Source: Candidatus Desantisbacteria bacterium CG1_02_49_89 | GTDB taxonomy: Bacteria > Desantisbacteria > UBA1551 | Assembly: GCA_001871075.1 (NCBI GenBank) | Contig: MNUP01000130.1 | Coordinates: 1-32,636, forward strand | Reading direction: 5' to 3' | DNA length: 32,636 bases | In this document: one piece after another, positions 1 to 9,923 of the stretch | Numbering within the stretch: the stretch's first letter is position 1 | Layout: each line of letters starts with the position of its first letter | Translations under genes and position numbers: made by a program | The notes under the pieces: generated by a model | Databases searched by the model: none | Seen by the model: only the letters and a program-made list of their open reading frames with translations | Told to the model about the DNA's origin: nothing

Positions 1-1303
1 TTTTTACATCGCGGACCCTGACCTGAACAGCGGGAAGAACGCGGTTGATGCTTCAAAAGAAATTTCAATTGCCTGGCAGGAGAACGCGAAGGCAATCGCG
101 GTTATTTTCGGGGTAAGCCAGAAGGACGCAGCGCTCACCTCAGATATCGGGGTAATAACTATTGTTTACGACAAGGCAGGGCAGGAACAGGTCAATATCA
201 CCCGCGGGCTTAACGCGCTCTCGAATAACGAGTTCCCTTTGCAGAAGTGGCGCGCTGAGATGTTCGCTTTTAAAATGAATAAGGACGCGGCTGTAACCGA
301 GATCAGGATCAAATGCAGGTTCCCGGTTTTCGCCGTGACTGCGGCAGGGGAGAAGACGCAGAGATCTTCTGATTCTCTCGCCTCGATCGAGAAAGAGCAG
401 AAAGAGGCGCTGGAAAAGACGATAGCCGAGGCAAAATATATTGCCCAGAGGGACGCGCTTACGGCAAAATGCAAAGACATAGTCGCGAAGGCGCAGGCAA
501 AAAAGCCGATAAAGATCTGCCTGATACCGCCGCGCGGGGACATAATTCCGGTTTCAAACCTTGAGGCAGACCCGGGGAAACTGTGGCCTATAGGGAATGT
601 CATCAAAAAGGCGGCGGAAGACCTGGGTATAACCGTTGACGTTCCGAAAGTCAGCGAGTTTGTTGACAATGCGGTTTTTAACCCTGCCAACTACCCGATA
701 GCGTTTTACTTCGGGCACGAAGAATACATCCGCACATATAAAACGGAAAATGACTGCGAAGACGCGCTTTTGAATTACCTTAAGAACGGGGGATTTTTGA
801 TCGTGGCCGGACCCGGCGGCACCTATCCGTTTTTCTACCCGATGGACTACGAGGGCGGTAAATGGAACACGCAATTCAAGAAACCGGCGGACTTCGGAAG
901 GCAGTTCGAACTGTTTATATGCGGGTCCGGAGCGAAAAAAGGCGAGAGCAGGGGTTTTGAATCCCCGCCCACGGACGAAGTCCTGACCTTCAAGATCAAT
1001 AAAAATCAGAAAGTATTCACCCTCCTGCCGCAGACAATGCCTTACCCGAAAGAGCCTGACCCCAGGTGGAGGCCGGTTTCCGGGGAAGGGCTTGCTCCAG
1101 AGGACGAATATATCCCAATATTAAATTTGGAGAATGACAGCAGCGAACCGTACGGCCAGGGTATAGCGCTTATAAAACACGGTTGTCCCGATTTTAAGGG
1201 CGCCAGCGTCCTTTATTTCTGGGGCTCTTTGCTTGATACGCAGTACGGCGAGGGAATGCTTCTTGAAGCGATCGCATACGCGGTGCAGGCAGTCGCCAAA
1301 TAA
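1..1303 (+). CDS. Hypothetical protein, 5'-truncated by the window; C-terminal part resembles a class I glutamine-amidotransferase-like/trimerisation domain of glycoside hydrolases
   Basis: The frame of ORF 239..1303 is open from base 2 (FYIADPDLNSG...), so the TTG at 239 is not the true start. 'ALLNYLKNGGFLIVAG' is typical of GATase1-like domains. Confidence 0.7.
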   Translation, partial: FYIADPDLNSGKNAVDASKEISIAWQENAKAIAVIFGVSQKDAALTSDIGVITIVYDKAGQEQVNITRGLNALSNNEFPLQKWRAEMFAFKMNKDAAVTEIRIKCRFPVFAVTAAGEKTQRSSDSLASIEKEQKEALEKTIAEAKYIAQRDALTAKCKDIVAKAQAKKPIKICLIPPRGDIIPVSNLEADPGKLWPIGNVIKKAAEDLGITVDVPKVSEFVDNAVFNPANYPIAFYFGHEEYIRTYKTENDCEDALLNYLKNGGFLIVAGPGGTYPFFYPMDYEGGKWNTQFKKPADFGRQFELFICGSGAKKGESRGFESPPTDEVLTFKINKNQKVFTLLPQTMPYPKEPDPRWRPVSGEGLAPEDEYIPILNLENDSSEPYGQGIALIKHGCPDFKGASVLYFWGSLLDTQYGEGMLLEAIAYAVQAVAK

Positions 1304-1523
1304 TTTGGCGACGGTTAAAGTTAAAGGTTGAAAGTTAAAAGTTGAAAAATACAGAAAGATGCGTTCAGCCACGGATGTCCACGGATAATACTTAATTGTC
1401 AGCTTTACAAACTTTTTGAACTGCTTTTTTAACCACGGATTTACACGGATTATCACGGATTTTACTTTATAAACTCTATAAATTGTATTTTACTGTGGAC
1501 TGTGGACTAAAATAGGGGGAAAC

Positions 1524-4007
1524 ATGCTTAAATCGATCAGGGCTAAAGCCCTGAGTTACATTATCGTGCTGGTGTTCGCGATGCTGGCGCCGGGGGTGGT
1601 CATGGCTCTTGACAGGCCGTATATAGCCGTCACGTTTTTTTACTGGTACACCTGGGATTACAAGAATGAGAAGGGCGGGTGGATAGACGGGGGCGTGGAC
1701 AATACCCCGTTGTTCGGCTATTACAATTCGCCGTCTCTGGAGGACAACTACCACTCGCAGTGGCTCGCGAGCGAGTGGGGGGTCACGCACCACTTCATGG
1801 ATTTCTGGGGCCAGGGCTGGAAGGCGAAAGACGGCAAGGCACCCAGGGAAACAGTTGTCATGCAGGCCGCGGAGCAGCTGCAGAAAGAAGGTTATGACAT
1901 ATATATGTCCTTCTACCAGGACGGGAAAAAATTCAATATGAGCGATTTTTCACAGAATATCTCCGACCCGAAAAATAACGACGTCAGGTTCTGGCTGGAT
2001 AATTACGCCAAATCACCCGTATGGCCCAAGTGGCAGAATAAACCTTTCTGGCTTGTTTACGGAAGGAACGGCAGCCCGAAGCAGACAACTGATAACAGCG
2101 GGTTCAAGGAATACCTTAAAGCCAGATACGGAGACAGTATAGATAAATTAAACAAGATATGGGGCACGGAATATTCCACATTTGACGAGATCACCCTGAA
2201 ATACACAAAGGGATGGAACCGGGCTGAGTCCATCAACTACCAGTATTCGGTCTGGCAGAAGTCAATGGACGAAATGAACAGGCTCGCGAAGGAAAAATAC
2301 GGGTGGGCAGGCTTGATCCCGTCCTTTGACGTGTGGTGCGACCCGTTTATGGGTTACGGTTACTCAAATTACCACAAGGCATTCGGCGGGCCGCATTCAT
2401 ACGGCGGGATATTCGACCGCCCCGAGACCCAGGACGCGCAGAGGCTGATACAGAGCGCGGTCGCAAGGTACTACAACACGATATTCTGGGATACGTATAA
2501 GAACTATTACTGCGACTGGAATACCGAGTCCCGCATACCCGGTTTCAAATTTTTCCCCGAACCTTTTCACTTTGACAGGTTCTGGGTCGGCAACCTCATG
2601 CGCCATTCGGAGGCGATGGTCCACCTTTCCTGGAACGAGTGGTGGGAGGGATCGAACCTTGAGCCCAGCTTTGAGTACGGGAAAAAATTCTGCGAGAAGA
2701 ACCTTTTCTATGCCACTGTGATGAAGGAGTGCTTCGAGAGCCTTCGCGACTGCGCGAAAGGCGCGAAGACCGCGGTGCTGCTCAACGACTGGTCGTGGCT
2801 TGCGGGCAGTAACAGCGTGGCTGACCTGTACGGCGTGATACAGTCCCTGAGGCTTTTCGATGTTGCATTCGACCTGATACCGGACGATTTTGTGGACGCG
2901 GCAAAGCTTGAGAATTTCAGCCTTGTCATCGCTCCGTCGAACGGGACCGGGTTCGGTTCTAATAAAGACGGGAAATCCATTGCGAAGATCCTGCAGGAAT
3001 GGGTGGAGAAAATCCCCGGCAGGAGGCTTGTGGTATCATCATGCCCGGAATTCGCGCAGTACCTGGGCATAACCGAAGGCACGGATAAGGTAAAGGGAGC
3101 GGATAAGAAACCGCTGGATTTCCTCGCGAAGGAAAAAGATAAAAATACTGCCTGGACAATACTGGGGGAAGCGGACCAAAGCAGCAACCTTAGAATAGCG
3201 GCTACGGGAGAGGGGGATGTAAAGGCCGTTAAAAAAGGCGGAAGGTTTGCCAAAACAGCAACCGAGAACCCGACTTCAAAGGATTCGAAATATATGTATT
3301 TTGACGTTGACAACGGTTTTATTTCCAACGCCAGCTGGCCGAAAGTAAAAATGACGGTTGAGTATTTTGACGAGGGCAGCGCGCAGATAAGCATGTTCTA
3401 CGATTCATGCGACCAGGAATACCAGGCTTATCCGGGATACCCTCCCGGGACCTGGAAGCCCGCGGAAGAGAACATAGCGCTGGAGGATTCGGGGCAGTGG
3501 AAATCGATCACTTATAATATCGAAGACGCGCGGTTCTCTAACAACTGCAACGGCATGGATTTCAGGTTCAACATTCCCGGAAGCTTTGAATTCACCGTTG
3601 GGAAAGTGACCATCGAGAAGATAGGCGAGCCTGAGGCGCTTGTTCTGCACAGCCCTGAGATCTTCGGCGAGGAAAGCGGCAAGCCGATCTCGCTTGCTAT
3701 GCCCAAGCACGACACACATAATTTCGGAAAAGGAAAGCCGGTCACGTATTATAATTCCGACCTGTGCGCGAGGGACGCTGTGTTCGCGAAGGGTAAGGGC
3801 GAAGTATTGTTTGTAAACGACCTCGCGGGCATTTTGGAATATAAGCCCTACTGGGAAAAGGTCCTTTCCAACTGGGCGAAGGTTGACCTGCCCAAGACCG
3901 TTTATGGGGACAATGTCAGGGGGACCAGGCTTTTCAGTGGCGGGACCAGTATTTTGCTCGCATATAACTACAATCAATTGCAAATTGCAAATTGCAAATT
4001 TCCCTAA
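1524..4007 (+). CDS. Secreted GH99/GH71-like glycoside hydrolase with a trimerisation-like domain and a CBM-like domain; probably the 5' part of a frameshifted gene
   Basis: GGGGA RBS and N-terminal signal peptide. Motifs FFYWY, 'TPLFGYYNS' and 'SWNEWWEGSNLEPS' are GH99-like; 'YLKARYGDSIDKLNKIWGTEY' is a GH42-like insert. The ORF ends inside a repeat tract. Confidence 0.7.
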   Translation: MLKSIRAKALSYIIVLVFAMLAPGVVMALDRPYIAVTFFYWYTWDYKNEKGGWIDGGVDNTPLFGYYNSPSLEDNYHSQWLASEWGVTHHFMDFWGQGWKAKDGKAPRETVVMQAAEQLQKEGYDIYMSFYQDGKKFNMSDFSQNISDPKNNDVRFWLDNYAKSPVWPKWQNKPFWLVYGRNGSPKQTTDNSGFKEYLKARYGDSIDKLNKIWGTEYSTFDEITLKYTKGWNRAESINYQYSVWQKSMDEMNRLAKEKYGWAGLIPSFDVWCDPFMGYGYSNYHKAFGGPHSYGGIFDRPETQDAQRLIQSAVARYYNTIFWDTYKNYYCDWNTESRIPGFKFFPEPFHFDRFWVGNLMRHSEAMVHLSWNEWWEGSNLEPSFEYGKKFCEKNLFYATVMKECFESLRDCAKGAKTAVLLNDWSWLAGSNSVADLYGVIQSLRLFDVAFDLIPDDFVDAAKLENFSLVIAPSNGTGFGSNKDGKSIAKILQEWVEKIPGRRLVVSSCPEFAQYLGITEGTDKVKGADKKPLDFLAKEKDKNTAWTILGEADQSSNLRIAATGEGDVKAVKKGGRFAKTATENPTSKDSKYMYFDVDNGFISNASWPKVKMTVEYFDEGSAQISMFYDSCDQEYQAYPGYPPGTWKPAEENIALEDSGQWKSITYNIEDARFSNNCNGMDFRFNIPGSFEFTVGKVTIEKIGEPEALVLHSPEIFGEESGKPISLAMPKHDTHNFGKGKPVTYYNSDLCARDAVFAKGKGEVLFVNDLAGILEYKPYWEKVLSNWAKVDLPKTVYGDNVRGTRLFSGGTSILLAYNYNQLQIANCKFP

Positions 4008-4033
4008 AGGATCCCTTCGGGACAAATTTCAAA
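3975..4033. repeat. CAAATTG/CAAATTT heptamer tract with an embedded 22-bp palindrome TCCCTAAAGGATCCCTTCGGGA (4001-4022)
   Basis: Read directly: caattg caaattg caaattg caaatt [tccctaaaggatcccttcggga] caaattt caaa. Confidence 0.9.
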
Positions 4034-5932
4034 GAACCGGTAGCGGAAGTAATTGCGCTGAGAAGCGATGGAAACGAATACAAACCAATAACCTACGAAG
4101 TCAAAGACGGAAAAATCCTTTTCAGCGACGAGATCCAGTACTTCGGGGTTTACGAGGTTGTTTTCTCGCCTGTAGCCATAAACCACAAGCCGCTTGTGCT
4201 TCATCCCGGGGAAAAGACAAGCGCGGAACTGACCCTGAAGAACCTTACAGATAAACCAGTATCAGGCACATTAAAACTTAAGAGCGTTATCCCCACCCTT
4301 GGTTCGGATGTCCTCAACTACTCCCTTGCTGCAAAGGAAGAGAAGAAGGCAAGCTTAACTATCTGGGCAAAGGACACGGTTGACTGGGGCAATAAGACGA
4401 TAGAATGGGAATTGACATGGTTAACAAATGAGCCTAAAGGCTCTACTCCGGGAGAAAACGAGCCTAAAGGCTCTACTCCCAAGGCCTTCTACTGGCGACC
4501 CCTGTTTGTTGAGAGAAACCCGGATCTCTTGATCCTGACAAAGGTCATTGACTCCGGTAATCCCGTGCTTGCCATAAAGAACCAGGAATTCAAGCCCATG
4601 ACCTCAAAGGAGAAGGGTTTTATCACAAACGCCACAGCTAAAGACGTGAAGGTAACGATTGATGGAAAAACCACCTTTTTCGGTGACATTTCCACAAACC
4701 AGGAAGTTTCCAAACCATTAATCCTTTCATCCATTAATCCATTAAACCCGGGCCTGGAAAGAAAGGCAATCCGGATATCATACACCCAGGATAACCGCCA
4801 GGTTACTGTTGAGGACTCCGTTTCTGTCATGCTCTATCCCCAGCCTAAGATAACCCAGAAGGAGATACAGGTCTTTGTGTGCAACGCAAAAAACAAGGAG
4901 CTGGCAGACCGTCTGTTCGTCACAGACCTTCCGAAAGGCCTGTCTGCCCCGTTCAAGCTTACAACCCCGGCAGGTGAGAGTATCCCATGCCAGATACTTG
5001 ACAATAAGCTGGTATTCGTGCTTCCATATATCCTGCAGGAGACCTGTGTCAGCCTTACCATATTAAAAGGAGAGAAGGGCAATGACCAAACAGACCTTAC
5101 GCTTACAAGCTCTGACCTGGGCACAGGCAAAGGAACCCTTACTGTTGCCAACAAGCACTTCACCATAACCTTAAGCGAGGAAAAGGGAGGGACAGCTGTC
5201 AGCTTCTCATCCATTAACAAAGGCAAAGATTACGGGAGCAACTCTTTCGGCATCAACTACGGCCAGTTTTCCCAGCATGATGAACTAAAACCCGCCCAGA
5301 ACGCCGTAGAATACATTAACGAGATAAAGACAAGGCAGTCTGGCAAGCCGGGTAAGATCAAGGTTCTTGCGGACGGGTCCTTGTACAAGAAGGCGCAGGT
5401 GTCCTGGTCTGACGAGAACATTGACGCGGCGCAGGTCTACGAATTCTGGGCTTCCCAGAAACAGTTCAGGGTTACGGTTGACATTACGCCGAAGAATAAA
5501 GCCCTGACATGCGAGGAAATAGTCGCGTTTGACGCGAATTTCACCCGCAACACTCTTTATAAAATGTATCCGGGCGGCAGCGGCATGAGCCAGACAACCG
5601 GGAATTTTACGAAAGAGGTCCCGCACGCGGGATGGCGCCATGCCGACTACATCCATCCGTATTCTACTATTATGGGGCGCGGCGAGAACGTTTCAGTGAT
5701 GGTTGAGGAAAAAGCCGGGATAAACAAGTACCGCCAGGGGTTCTGGCCCGGTAAAAGGCCTGTCGCGGGTAAAATCCGGTCCGCGGAAATCGAGTATATA
5801 TCCCTGTATAAGGGCGGGTCGAGAAGCCCTGTTCATTTAACTGTCTGGGTCATGCTGCACGGGCTTTCGCACAAACAGGCAAAAGAATTTTTGGAGGAGC
5901 TTGTTTCTCCGCTTTGCATTGCCAGCAAGTAA
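3992..5932 (+). CDS. Beta-rich hypothetical protein; probable 3' part of the preceding glycoside hydrolase gene
   Basis: 646-codon ORF whose TTG start lies inside a CAAATTG repeat, with no RBS or signal peptide. It overlaps the upstream ORF in the -1 frame. Confidence 0.65.
   Translation: MQISLKDPFGTNFKEPVAEVIALRSDGNEYKPITYEVKDGKILFSDEIQYFGVYEVVFSPVAINHKPLVLHPGEKTSAELTLKNLTDKPVSGTLKLKSVIPTLGSDVLNYSLAAKEEKKASLTIWAKDTVDWGNKTIEWELTWLTNEPKGSTPGENEPKGSTPKAFYWRPLFVERNPDLLILTKVIDSGNPVLAIKNQEFKPMTSKEKGFITNATAKDVKVTIDGKTTFFGDISTNQEVSKPLILSSINPLNPGLERKAIRISYTQDNRQVTVEDSVSVMLYPQPKITQKEIQVFVCNAKNKELADRLFVTDLPKGLSAPFKLTTPAGESIPCQILDNKLVFVLPYILQETCVSLTILKGEKGNDQTDLTLTSSDLGTGKGTLTVANKHFTITLSEEKGGTAVSFSSINKGKDYGSNSFGINYGQFSQHDELKPAQNAVEYINEIKTRQSGKPGKIKVLADGSLYKKAQVSWSDENIDAAQVYEFWASQKQFRVTVDITPKNKALTCEEIVAFDANFTRNTLYKMYPGGSGMSQTTGNFTKEVPHAGWRHADYIHPYSTIMGRGENVSVMVEEKAGINKYRQGFWPGKRPVAGKIRSAEIEYISLYKGGSRSPVHLTVWVMLHGLSHKQAKEFLEELVSPLCIASK
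4430..4479. repeat. Two in-frame copies of the REP-like palindrome GAGCCTAAAGGCTCTACTCC
   Basis: Identical 20-mers at 4430-4449 and 4460-4479, encoding EPKGSTP twice. The minus strand reads GGA-GTAG-AGCCTTTAGGCTC. Confidence 0.85.
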
Positions 5933-6095
5933 AAAATGCCGTCGAACGTCGTAAGTCGTACGTCATACGTTTTCAAATCCCCTCCGAAGAGTCCGTATAC
6001 TCCGTCCTTTCGGAGTCATCGGACCTATCTCCCCCTTTATTAAAGGGGGATTGAGGGGGATTACGACAATCGGTATTTCAAAAAAAGGAGGGGCT

Positions 6096-6728
6096 ATGAA
6101 AAAATTAGTGTTGTTTGGTCTGGCCGCGTGTGTCGCGATGGGTTTACAGACAAGCTTTGCCGCGAAAGAAGAGGCAAAGGGAACAGCGCTTTGCCTTTCA
6201 GCGACTTTTGCCGCGGCGGATGATTACGAATACTGCTACCTGAACTTCATCGAGAAGGAAGATGAGTTCAGCATTCCCAAGGGCGCTTTCCTTGAGTATG
6301 ATATGTTCATACCCAAGACAAGCGCGGGTTTCTCGGGAGGGGTTGATCTCGGGGGTGGTTCGCTGGGAACCCTGCGCGACAACGGCGGCGAGGCAGGCTG
6401 CAAGGACCAGGATGGGAATTCACCTCATCCCGCCGGAAACGCTGAAAACGCGAAAGGCGCATGGTGGCACAGGAAAATAGACCTTGGGCCCATAGCGGGA
6501 GAGAGTTTTATGGACGCGATCCTTGCTGTGGACGCGGGGAAAGACCACAAGGCAGGCGTTTACAAGGCTTATTATAAGAATATCCAGATCACGGACGGCA
6601 AAGGCAAGGTCCTTATCGACCTTTTTACAAACAAAGATAAGGTGCCGATCGGTGACGTGACAGAGCACGCCGTAAAGGACATGTCAGACTACGGTCTGAC
6701 AGTCGTGCCGCTCAGCGCCGTCAAATAA
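6096..6728 (+). CDS. Secreted hypothetical protein (paralogue 1)
   Basis: AGGAGG RBS before the ATG at 6096, signal peptide MKKLVLFGLAAC..., and strong similarity to 6861..7493. Confidence 0.85.
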   Translation: MKKLVLFGLAACVAMGLQTSFAAKEEAKGTALCLSATFAAADDYEYCYLNFIEKEDEFSIPKGAFLEYDMFIPKTSAGFSGGVDLGGGSLGTLRDNGGEAGCKDQDGNSPHPAGNAENAKGAWWHRKIDLGPIAGESFMDAILAVDAGKDHKAGVYKAYYKNIQITDGKGKVLIDLFTNKDKVPIGDVTEHAVKDMSDYGLTVVPLSAVK

Positions 6729-6860
6729 AACAGTTGAAAGTTAAAAGTTGAACGTTGAAAGTTGAAAGTTGTACCAACAACAGTTCCTTTACTATTGAGC
6801 TATTTAAGTATTTGCGACGAACGATGAACGAAGAACGACGCACGAGACAAGGGGGGTAAC

Positions 6861-7493
6861 ATGAAGAAGCTTGTATTGCTGGCGCTGGTGCTTGGGATGG
6901 CGGCAGTCCTGCACACGGGATTCGCCGCGAAAGAAGAGGTAAAGGGGACGGCGATCTGCCTGACAGCGGATTACGCCGCGGCTGATGACTATGAGTTCTG
7001 CTACCTGAACTTCATAGGCGGGGATGACGAGTTCACTATCCCGGAAAAGTCATTCCTTGAATATGATGTCTTCATACCAAAGACAAGCGCCGGGTTCAGC
7101 GGGTCGATTGATATGGCCGGAGGTTCTTTCGGGACCCTGCGCGACAACGGCGGCGAGGCAGGATGCAAGGACCAGGACGGCAACTCACCGCATCCGGCTG
7201 GTAATTTCCAGGAAGCGGCAAAAGGCACCTGGTGGCACAGGAAAATAGACCTGGGTCCGATCGCTAACGAAACATTTCTTTACGGCATTATCGCAGTTGA
7301 CGGCCAGACGCACACCGACGGCGTTTACAAGGCGTATTACAAGAACATCCAGATAACAAACGGTAAGGGCAAGGTGCTTGTGGATCTTTTCACCAATAAG
7401 GCCAAGGTCCCGATAGACGAAGTGACAGAGCACGCTGTGAAGGATATGTCAGACTACGGCCTGACGGTGGTGCCGCTTAGCGCCGTCAAATAA
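6861..7493 (+). CDS. Secreted hypothetical protein (paralogue 2)
   Basis: RBS and signal peptide. Shares GTLRDNGGEAGCKDQDGNSPHPAGN and VTEHAVKDMSDYGLTVVPLSAVK exactly with paralogue 1. Confidence 0.85.
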   Translation: MKKLVLLALVLGMAAVLHTGFAAKEEVKGTAICLTADYAAADDYEFCYLNFIGGDDEFTIPEKSFLEYDVFIPKTSAGFSGSIDMAGGSFGTLRDNGGEAGCKDQDGNSPHPAGNFQEAAKGTWWHRKIDLGPIANETFLYGIIAVDGQTHTDGVYKAYYKNIQITNGKGKVLVDLFTNKAKVPIDEVTEHAVKDMSDYGLTVVPLSAVK

Positions 7494-7661
7494 AAACAGT
7501 CACGAGTCATGCGTCATGGGTCATGAGTTTTAAACTTGACACTTGATACTTGTCGCCCCTTCGGCGACCCGCCGTTGAGGCGGGACTCTTGATACTAATA
7601 ATAATTACCGTAATCAGTATTAAAAAATCACTGTAATCTTCAGTTAAAAAAAGGGGGTAAC

Positions 7662-8270
7662 ATGAAAAGATTGATACTGCTTGGTTTGGCCGCGGTATTT
7701 TCAACAGTGGCCGCGGCTGGCGTGTTCGCGCAGGAAGCCGCGAAGAAGGCGCCTTCTTACGTGAAGGATCCTGACGCGGCATGGGTTATCCTTTCAAAGA
7801 AGCCGGTGAAGACGGGGCTGGAACTGCTTGAGAAAGGGGCTGAGGGTGACAACGCGCCTGCGACAAAAGGCGGCAAAGAGGCGTGGGCCGCGCTGGGCAA
7901 GAACAACGCGGTTCCCGACAACCCGGACGCTTCGCCTTTTATGTATTTCAAGATCACAAAAAAGGCATTCAAGAAAGGCGCCGCGCCGCGCGTAAAGCTT
8001 ACCGTGGAGTACTTTGACGAGGGAGAAGCGGAAGTAGGGCTTGAATACGATTCATCGGATGACGCGGTCGCCAAATGCCCGATTCCCGGAGCGTTCAAGG
8101 ACCACGAGGAGAAGATAATACTGGAAGATTCAGGGAAGTGGAAAACCTTTTCTTTTGAAATAGAGGACGGCAAGTTCGATAACGGCTGCAACGGGTGTGA
8201 TTTCCGTTTCAACTTCGCGGGCGGGGTGACCTTCACAATCGGTTCGGTCGCGGTTGAAAAAATGAAATAA
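7662..8270 (+). CDS. Secreted protein made of a single CBM-like beta-sandwich domain
   Basis: Signal peptide. Motifs MYF..., TVEYFDEG, LEDSGxWK and NxCNGxDFRFN match the internal domain of 1524..4007. Confidence 0.8.
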   Translation: MKRLILLGLAAVFSTVAAAGVFAQEAAKKAPSYVKDPDAAWVILSKKPVKTGLELLEKGAEGDNAPATKGGKEAWAALGKNNAVPDNPDASPFMYFKITKKAFKKGAAPRVKLTVEYFDEGEAEVGLEYDSSDDAVAKCPIPGAFKDHEEKIILEDSGKWKTFSFEIEDGKFDNGCNGCDFRFNFAGGVTFTIGSVAVEKMK

Positions 8271-8288
8271 GAGTTAAAAGACAACGCG

Positions 8289-9839
8289 ATGCTTACGCCC
8301 CTAATAACAGCGGCGCTGCTATACGTTCTGGGAGCAGCGTCCGCGTCCGCGTTCAGGATCCCTGTTCTGGCCGCAGCCCTGTTCCTGTTCGCTTCATTCG
8401 CAGCCACGCTTGTTTCGTTCAGGTTCAGGAGATCCCTGCTCACTGTTTTCCTGGCGCTGGACGTAGTATTCGCAGGCGCGTGCCTGCAATCGCTTGCGGC
8501 AAACCCGGTCTCGGCTGACCACGTAAGGAAATTAGCTTCCCCCTGGGGAATGGAACTTACCGGGACGATACTGCAGGAGCCTGATTATAATAAGGGGAGG
8601 TATTACTTTCTTCTCGGGGCGGAGGAAACAAGGGACAGCCTTTCGGTTAATACGGCCGGTCACCGCGCTGAAGGGCTTGTCAGGGTCACCTGCCCTTCTT
8701 CAGCCAGGTCAGGAGTTCCCCTGCTTTACGGCAGAAGGATCTCTGTCTCGGGCCTGCTCAAAGAACCGCCGGCGCCTGTAAAGCCCGGGGCATTTGACTA
8801 TCGAAGGTACCTTTCAAACAAGAAAATATTCGCCGTAATAACCGCGAGGAAGATCGAAGACCTTGGAAGGGGAAAAGAAAACTTTTTCCTCAGCATAGCC
8901 GCGAGATGCAGGCGCGCGATAAGAAAGAGCATAACAGGCACGCTCAAAGGGGATGAGGCGGCGCTTCTCAGGGGCGTGATGCTGGGCGACAGGGTAGGCC
9001 TTTCGCAGGAGCTGAAGGAGATGTTTATTGCCACGGGGCTTGCCCACACCCTTGTGGTTTCCGGGCTGCATGTGGGCCTTGTAGCGTCGATATTTTTCCT
9101 GTTCTTTCACAAGCTGCTGCGCCTGCCCAGAAAGATAGTTTCTTTTATAACGATGCCGTTCACCGTCCTTTACTGCCTGATGACCGGAGCGAACGCCCCG
9201 GTTGTCAGGGCGACCGTGATCACGCTGGTGGTCCTTATGGGCTACGTGCTTGAGCGGGAGCCGGATATGCTCAACAACCTTGCCCTCGCCGCCCTGATAA
9301 TCCTGGTGATCAACCCGCTTTCGCTTTTTGACGCCAGCTTCCAGCTGTCTTTCCTGGCAACCCTGGGCATAGTGTACCTGGTGCCTTTTTTTGATGCGAA
9401 TTTTAAAAAGGTCCTGCCGGGCTGGTTCGCTACCCCTTTCGCCGTTTCAGTCAGCGCCCAGATAGGCGTGGCTCCGCTGATAGCGTATTACTTCAATAAA
9501 ATTTCGATAGTGGCGCTTGTCGCGAATATTTTTGTGGTTCCCATAATGGGCGCGGTCCTTGCCCTGGGCATGCTGACCGCGATCTTCGGTTTCTTTTCCC
9601 AGGCGCTGGCGAAACTGGCAGCCGCGCTGAATTACGCGCTGCTGTGGTATTTCGCGGCGGCAGTAAAGTTTTTCGGCTCTTTCATGTTCGCCTCGCTCAA
9701 CGTTCCGAAACCGGCCCCCGTATTCATCGCGGGCTATTACGCGGCTATGTTCGCGCCGGGTTTTAAGCACGGGAAGTGGGTTTTTATGGGGCTGTGGGCA
9801 GCCCTGGCAATCTATGTCTGGATACAAGTATTTATCTGA
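8289..9839 (+). CDS. comEC: ComEC/Rec2 family competence protein, without a C-terminal beta-lactamase domain
   Basis: Motifs PGAFDYRRYL, TGLAHTLVVSGLHVG and SFQLSFLAT, with many TM segments. Confidence 0.92.
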   Translation: MLTPLITAALLYVLGAASASAFRIPVLAAALFLFASFAATLVSFRFRRSLLTVFLALDVVFAGACLQSLAANPVSADHVRKLASPWGMELTGTILQEPDYNKGRYYFLLGAEETRDSLSVNTAGHRAEGLVRVTCPSSARSGVPLLYGRRISVSGLLKEPPAPVKPGAFDYRRYLSNKKIFAVITARKIEDLGRGKENFFLSIAARCRRAIRKSITGTLKGDEAALLRGVMLGDRVGLSQELKEMFIATGLAHTLVVSGLHVGLVASIFFLFFHKLLRLPRKIVSFITMPFTVLYCLMTGANAPVVRATVITLVVLMGYVLEREPDMLNNLALAALIILVINPLSLFDASFQLSFLATLGIVYLVPFFDANFKKVLPGWFATPFAVSVSAQIGVAPLIAYYFNKISIVALVANIFVVPIMGAVLALGMLTAIFGFFSQALAKLAAALNYALLWYFAAAVKFFGSFMFASLNVPKPAPVFIAGYYAAMFAPGFKHGKWVFMGLWAALAIYVWIQVFI

Positions 9840-9923
9840 ATTATAAATAGCGAGAAATATTATCTTTAGAAATCGGTGTAATCTCGCAGTTGAAATCTGT
9901 GTAATCATTTTCCGGAGGGAAAA

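Noticed and set aside
6051-6095. Longer N-termini from the ORF track (6051, 24009, 28062, 28544, 30631)
   Set aside because: Downstream ATGs fit better with RBS position, gene coupling or family N-termini; several extensions run through repeats or upstream genes.
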